This document shows positions 51,680-54,770 of a stretch of DNA of 54,770 nucleotides, piece by piece (position 1 is the stretch's first letter; each line of letters opens with the position of its first letter). The DNA lies in contig NC_068984.1 of assembly GCF_001194135.2 (NCBI RefSeq), positions 33,221,019 to 33,275,788 of the forward strand. The letters are read 5' to 3'. The notes beneath the pieces were generated by a model. It was not told the origin of the DNA and did not search any database. It saw nothing but the letters and a program-made list of their open reading frames with translations. Made by a program: the position numbers and the translations under genes. This DNA comes from Octopus bimaculoides. Its lineage: Eukaryota.

Positions 51680-52429
51680 GGAATTAAATGGCATTTATCT
51701 CAACGTTAAATGGAGTTTTACAAAAGCCGTATGATGTGACACCTCACTTTATACCCAAGAAGTAAAACGAAATGTATGGTTCAACAACTACGGTTTAAAT
51801 GATATTGGAACATGAAAAATATATCCCAATATAATGAATTGAGTTCAAGCATGCGTGGCCTGAAAGTGCTTGTTAGCCTACTCCTTTCACTGTTCACTGA
51901 AACCACATTCTAGGATATGGTGCCAGAGCGCTAAGAACTTGTTCATTACCTTTTGGCAAAACACTTTACATATTTCTTTATATAAGAATTATGATAACTC
52001 AATTGATGAGTTTTGAAAGACTAACTTCTATATCTGCGTCAGCTTATCTATTCCATTCCCATATCTCCTTTCCCCACGTTCCCGAACTTTATCAAAAATT
52101 TCCTAGATGAATCATTTCAAATTCTCAGATGAATCATTTAAGCTAGAATATTATGGGGATCATTATGGATAAAAGACGGTTTATGCAAAATCACATACAA
52201 AATAAATGTAATACAAACATTGATGCGTATGAGTGTTTATGTATATTTATACACAATAGAAGTATAGAATAATGGAGATATACCATAATATGCAGGAATG
52301 TTTTTCTTATATGCATATTGCAGAAAAAAAAAAGACAGCAAAAGAACACAGAACGCAAAGTAAATGATCATAACAACAAAAAGAGTATAGATAATTGCCT
52401 ATCTATATCCTTTCCTCTCACTTATGATA

Positions 52430-52435
52430 TATGTA

Positions 52436-52467
<32 letters not shown>

Positions 52468-53000
52468 TCTATGTGTGTGACTGTGTGCGTGTGCATGTGC
52501 GTCTGTGTGTTTGTGTATTCATGTATACATGTATACATATATATGCATGTAAATTCCTAATATCACGGCAACTTTATAAAATGAACAAAATACGATTACG
52601 GCTTATATATATGGATATACAAGCAATGATGCAGTGGAGAATATTAATGAATGGAATCTGTCTGATTAGCTCAGCTGATCTCTATTACTCTTTTACATAG
52701 ATCGGAATACAAAGTGTTAACTGAAACATGTTCCTCGTTCAAAATACGAAAGTTTATTGTAAATACAGNNNNNNNNNNNNNNNNNNNNNNNNNNNNNNNN
52801 NNNNNNNNNNNNNNNNNNNNNNNNNNNNNNNNNNNNNNNNNNNNNNNNNNNNNNNNNNNNNNNNNNNNNNNNNNNNNNNNNNNNNNNNNNNNNNNNNNNN
52901 NNNNNNNNNNNNNNNNNNNNNNNNNNNNNATATATATATAATTGAGTATATATACATTTATATATACACATACGTATACATATATATATATATGCATATA

Positions 53001-53031
<31 letters not shown>

Positions 53032-53180
53032 GTATCTGTATATGCATACAAACACACATATATGTATGTGTGTATGTACATATGTATATATATATATATA
53101 TATATTATACATACGCACGCGTCTGCATGTGTGTATGTATGTATGTATGTATGTATGTATGTGTGTATGTAAATATATAA
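52430..53180. repeat. (TG), (TA) and (TATG) microsatellites around an assembly gap
   Basis: Read directly from the sequence; the gap is 52769-52929 (161 Ns). Confidence 0.9.
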
Positions 53181-53579
53181 ATAACGGGCACTATCGATTC
53201 TTCATCTTTTATAATGGGATTTATGGCATGATACGCTACCCATCAAGTCTGTCCGTACGAATCGACTCACAAAAAATTATTGCAATATAATGAAGTGAAA
53301 TTTCTCTACACGTATCTGAACATGTTTGACGTTATAGAAACTCAGTGGCCCATGCTTTAAAGCGAGATATATACTACATTCTTTGAAGTGTAAGTTGTGC
53401 ACAATTACAATTAAAGTGTGATGTAACTATTAAATGTTTTTTTTTTAAATGCAAGAAATTGCATAGCAAGACGAACCTGAGGAGTGAAAGGATATTCAAA
53501 GACTCATAAATATAATAGTAATGATGTTTAAACTCTAGGAGAATACACCTGTAAACATATATGTCTGTTTATGTTTGTG

Positions 53580-53700
53580 AGCACGCGCGGCGTTTGTGTG
53601 TGTTTATTTGATTTGTGTGTGTGTGTTCGTGTGCGTGTGTGTGTGTGTGTGTGTATGCATGTGTGTGGGTGTGTGGGGGTGATGTGTGAGTGTGTGTGCC
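53580..53700. repeat. (TG)-rich microsatellite
   Basis: Read directly from the sequence. Confidence 0.9.
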
Positions 53701-54770
53701 TGTAAAAATTCACAGAACCGTAAGGCAATTACGGGAAGTTTCTCAAGGCGATTCCGCTCGCAGGTCACATAGAATCCCTCTTCCATACATCGTACATGTA
53801 AAGAGAAAATTATGCATGCATCTTTATAGTTGAAGTATTGGTGTAAACCATGATGCTCTGGTGATTTGATGAGCTACCTATTCTTATTTGTAGTAATTGG
53901 TAAGTATATAACACAACTGTGTTTGCGTAGCATGCATATTAGCGCAGATATGTGAATATAATTTATTAAACATTGAAATTAGTATTAAAAGATGAAGTGT
54001 ACGAAACGGCCGTAAAACTAATGATGATTATCTGTAACAAAATAAATTGCCCTCTCATGCTACTTGAATTTTTATGGTTTTACCAAGCGCTTTAACGGGA
54101 GTATATATTCCGATGCCTAAAACCGCAGCCTACCAACTTTCTAGCAAAGCACATTCCTTGTGTATGTATCTTCGGTATTGTTTATATCTCGCAAACTGCT
54201 TCAATTTCATATTTGAGATTTTCTTTCCGTTGGGACATGCGCGAAGATGGTTCTTGCCCTATTTTTAGAAATATACCATAGACGGCGACTTATATAGCAT
54301 AAGGACACGTTCGGGTACGTGGTGCATGCAGGATACATTTATGACGAAATTTCGATGTCCATCGCTCCTGAATTGGGCCTGATGCGAGTGATTTCGCCTG
54401 TTTATGACTGACGTCTAGGTGCTTTAAAATCAGGTGTACTAATGAGAATATATTCTCTTAAGTGTAATACCGGAAAACACATAACTTGGGTATATGTGCT
54501 CGATAGTATTTGTATACTGGAGTTGGTTTTAATTCATATTTGAATATATGTATGTGTATAAACTAGTCTGCAGATGCCAAACCAGCAGGGGGACACTGCT
54601 GACCTCCCCTGTTCGAAGGTTATAAAGGACACAGGTTTCGTGTGTCACATAGCTAGCTAGAGGCGATGGCTTCTTGGAGCTAATTCACGGCAGCTTTCGT
54701 CCTAATTTTGGGACTGCCATGTTGGCTTGGCGATAACTATTAATTTCCAGGACCGCTGCCGTAGTCTCCT

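Noticed and set aside
53713-53790. Possible exon after (TG)n (cacag|AACCGTAAG.., NRKAITGSFSRRFRSQVT* or TVRQLREV..)
   Set aside because: Weak acceptor, ambiguous frame, and no link to other exon candidates.

Overview
AT-rich, microsatellite-dense eukaryotic (animal) genomic DNA from a gapped draft scaffold with 5 N-runs. The tRNA-derived SINE families and repeat landscape look like octopus (coleoid cephalopod); this is inferred from recalled repeat consensus, not from a database search. I could not identify a host protein-coding gene with confidence, so the window looks intergenic or intronic, with two weak exon candidates. Most of the ORF track is microsatellite, N-gap or antisense noise. 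What can be supported is a set of decayed mobile elements: R4/Dong-type, RTE, CR1-type and other RLE non-LTR fragments; one full-length but broken mariner plus three other mariner pieces; the 3' half of a Helitron with its terminal hairpin and CTAG intact; a Penelope-like RT plus GIY-YIG element; and three SINE families. The most unusual structures are (i) a ~1.45-kb fold-back palindrome built from a ~490-bp tandem unit (30.3-31.8 kb), (ii) a degenerate hammerhead-ribozyme-like motif ending a probable second, inverted Penelope-like remnant (46.0-46.1 kb), (iii) a SINE with three internal tandem units inside a single 12-bp TSD, and (iv) a Dong-like fragment whose 5' junction sits on a (TAA)n run. 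I see no convincing new multi-gene system.
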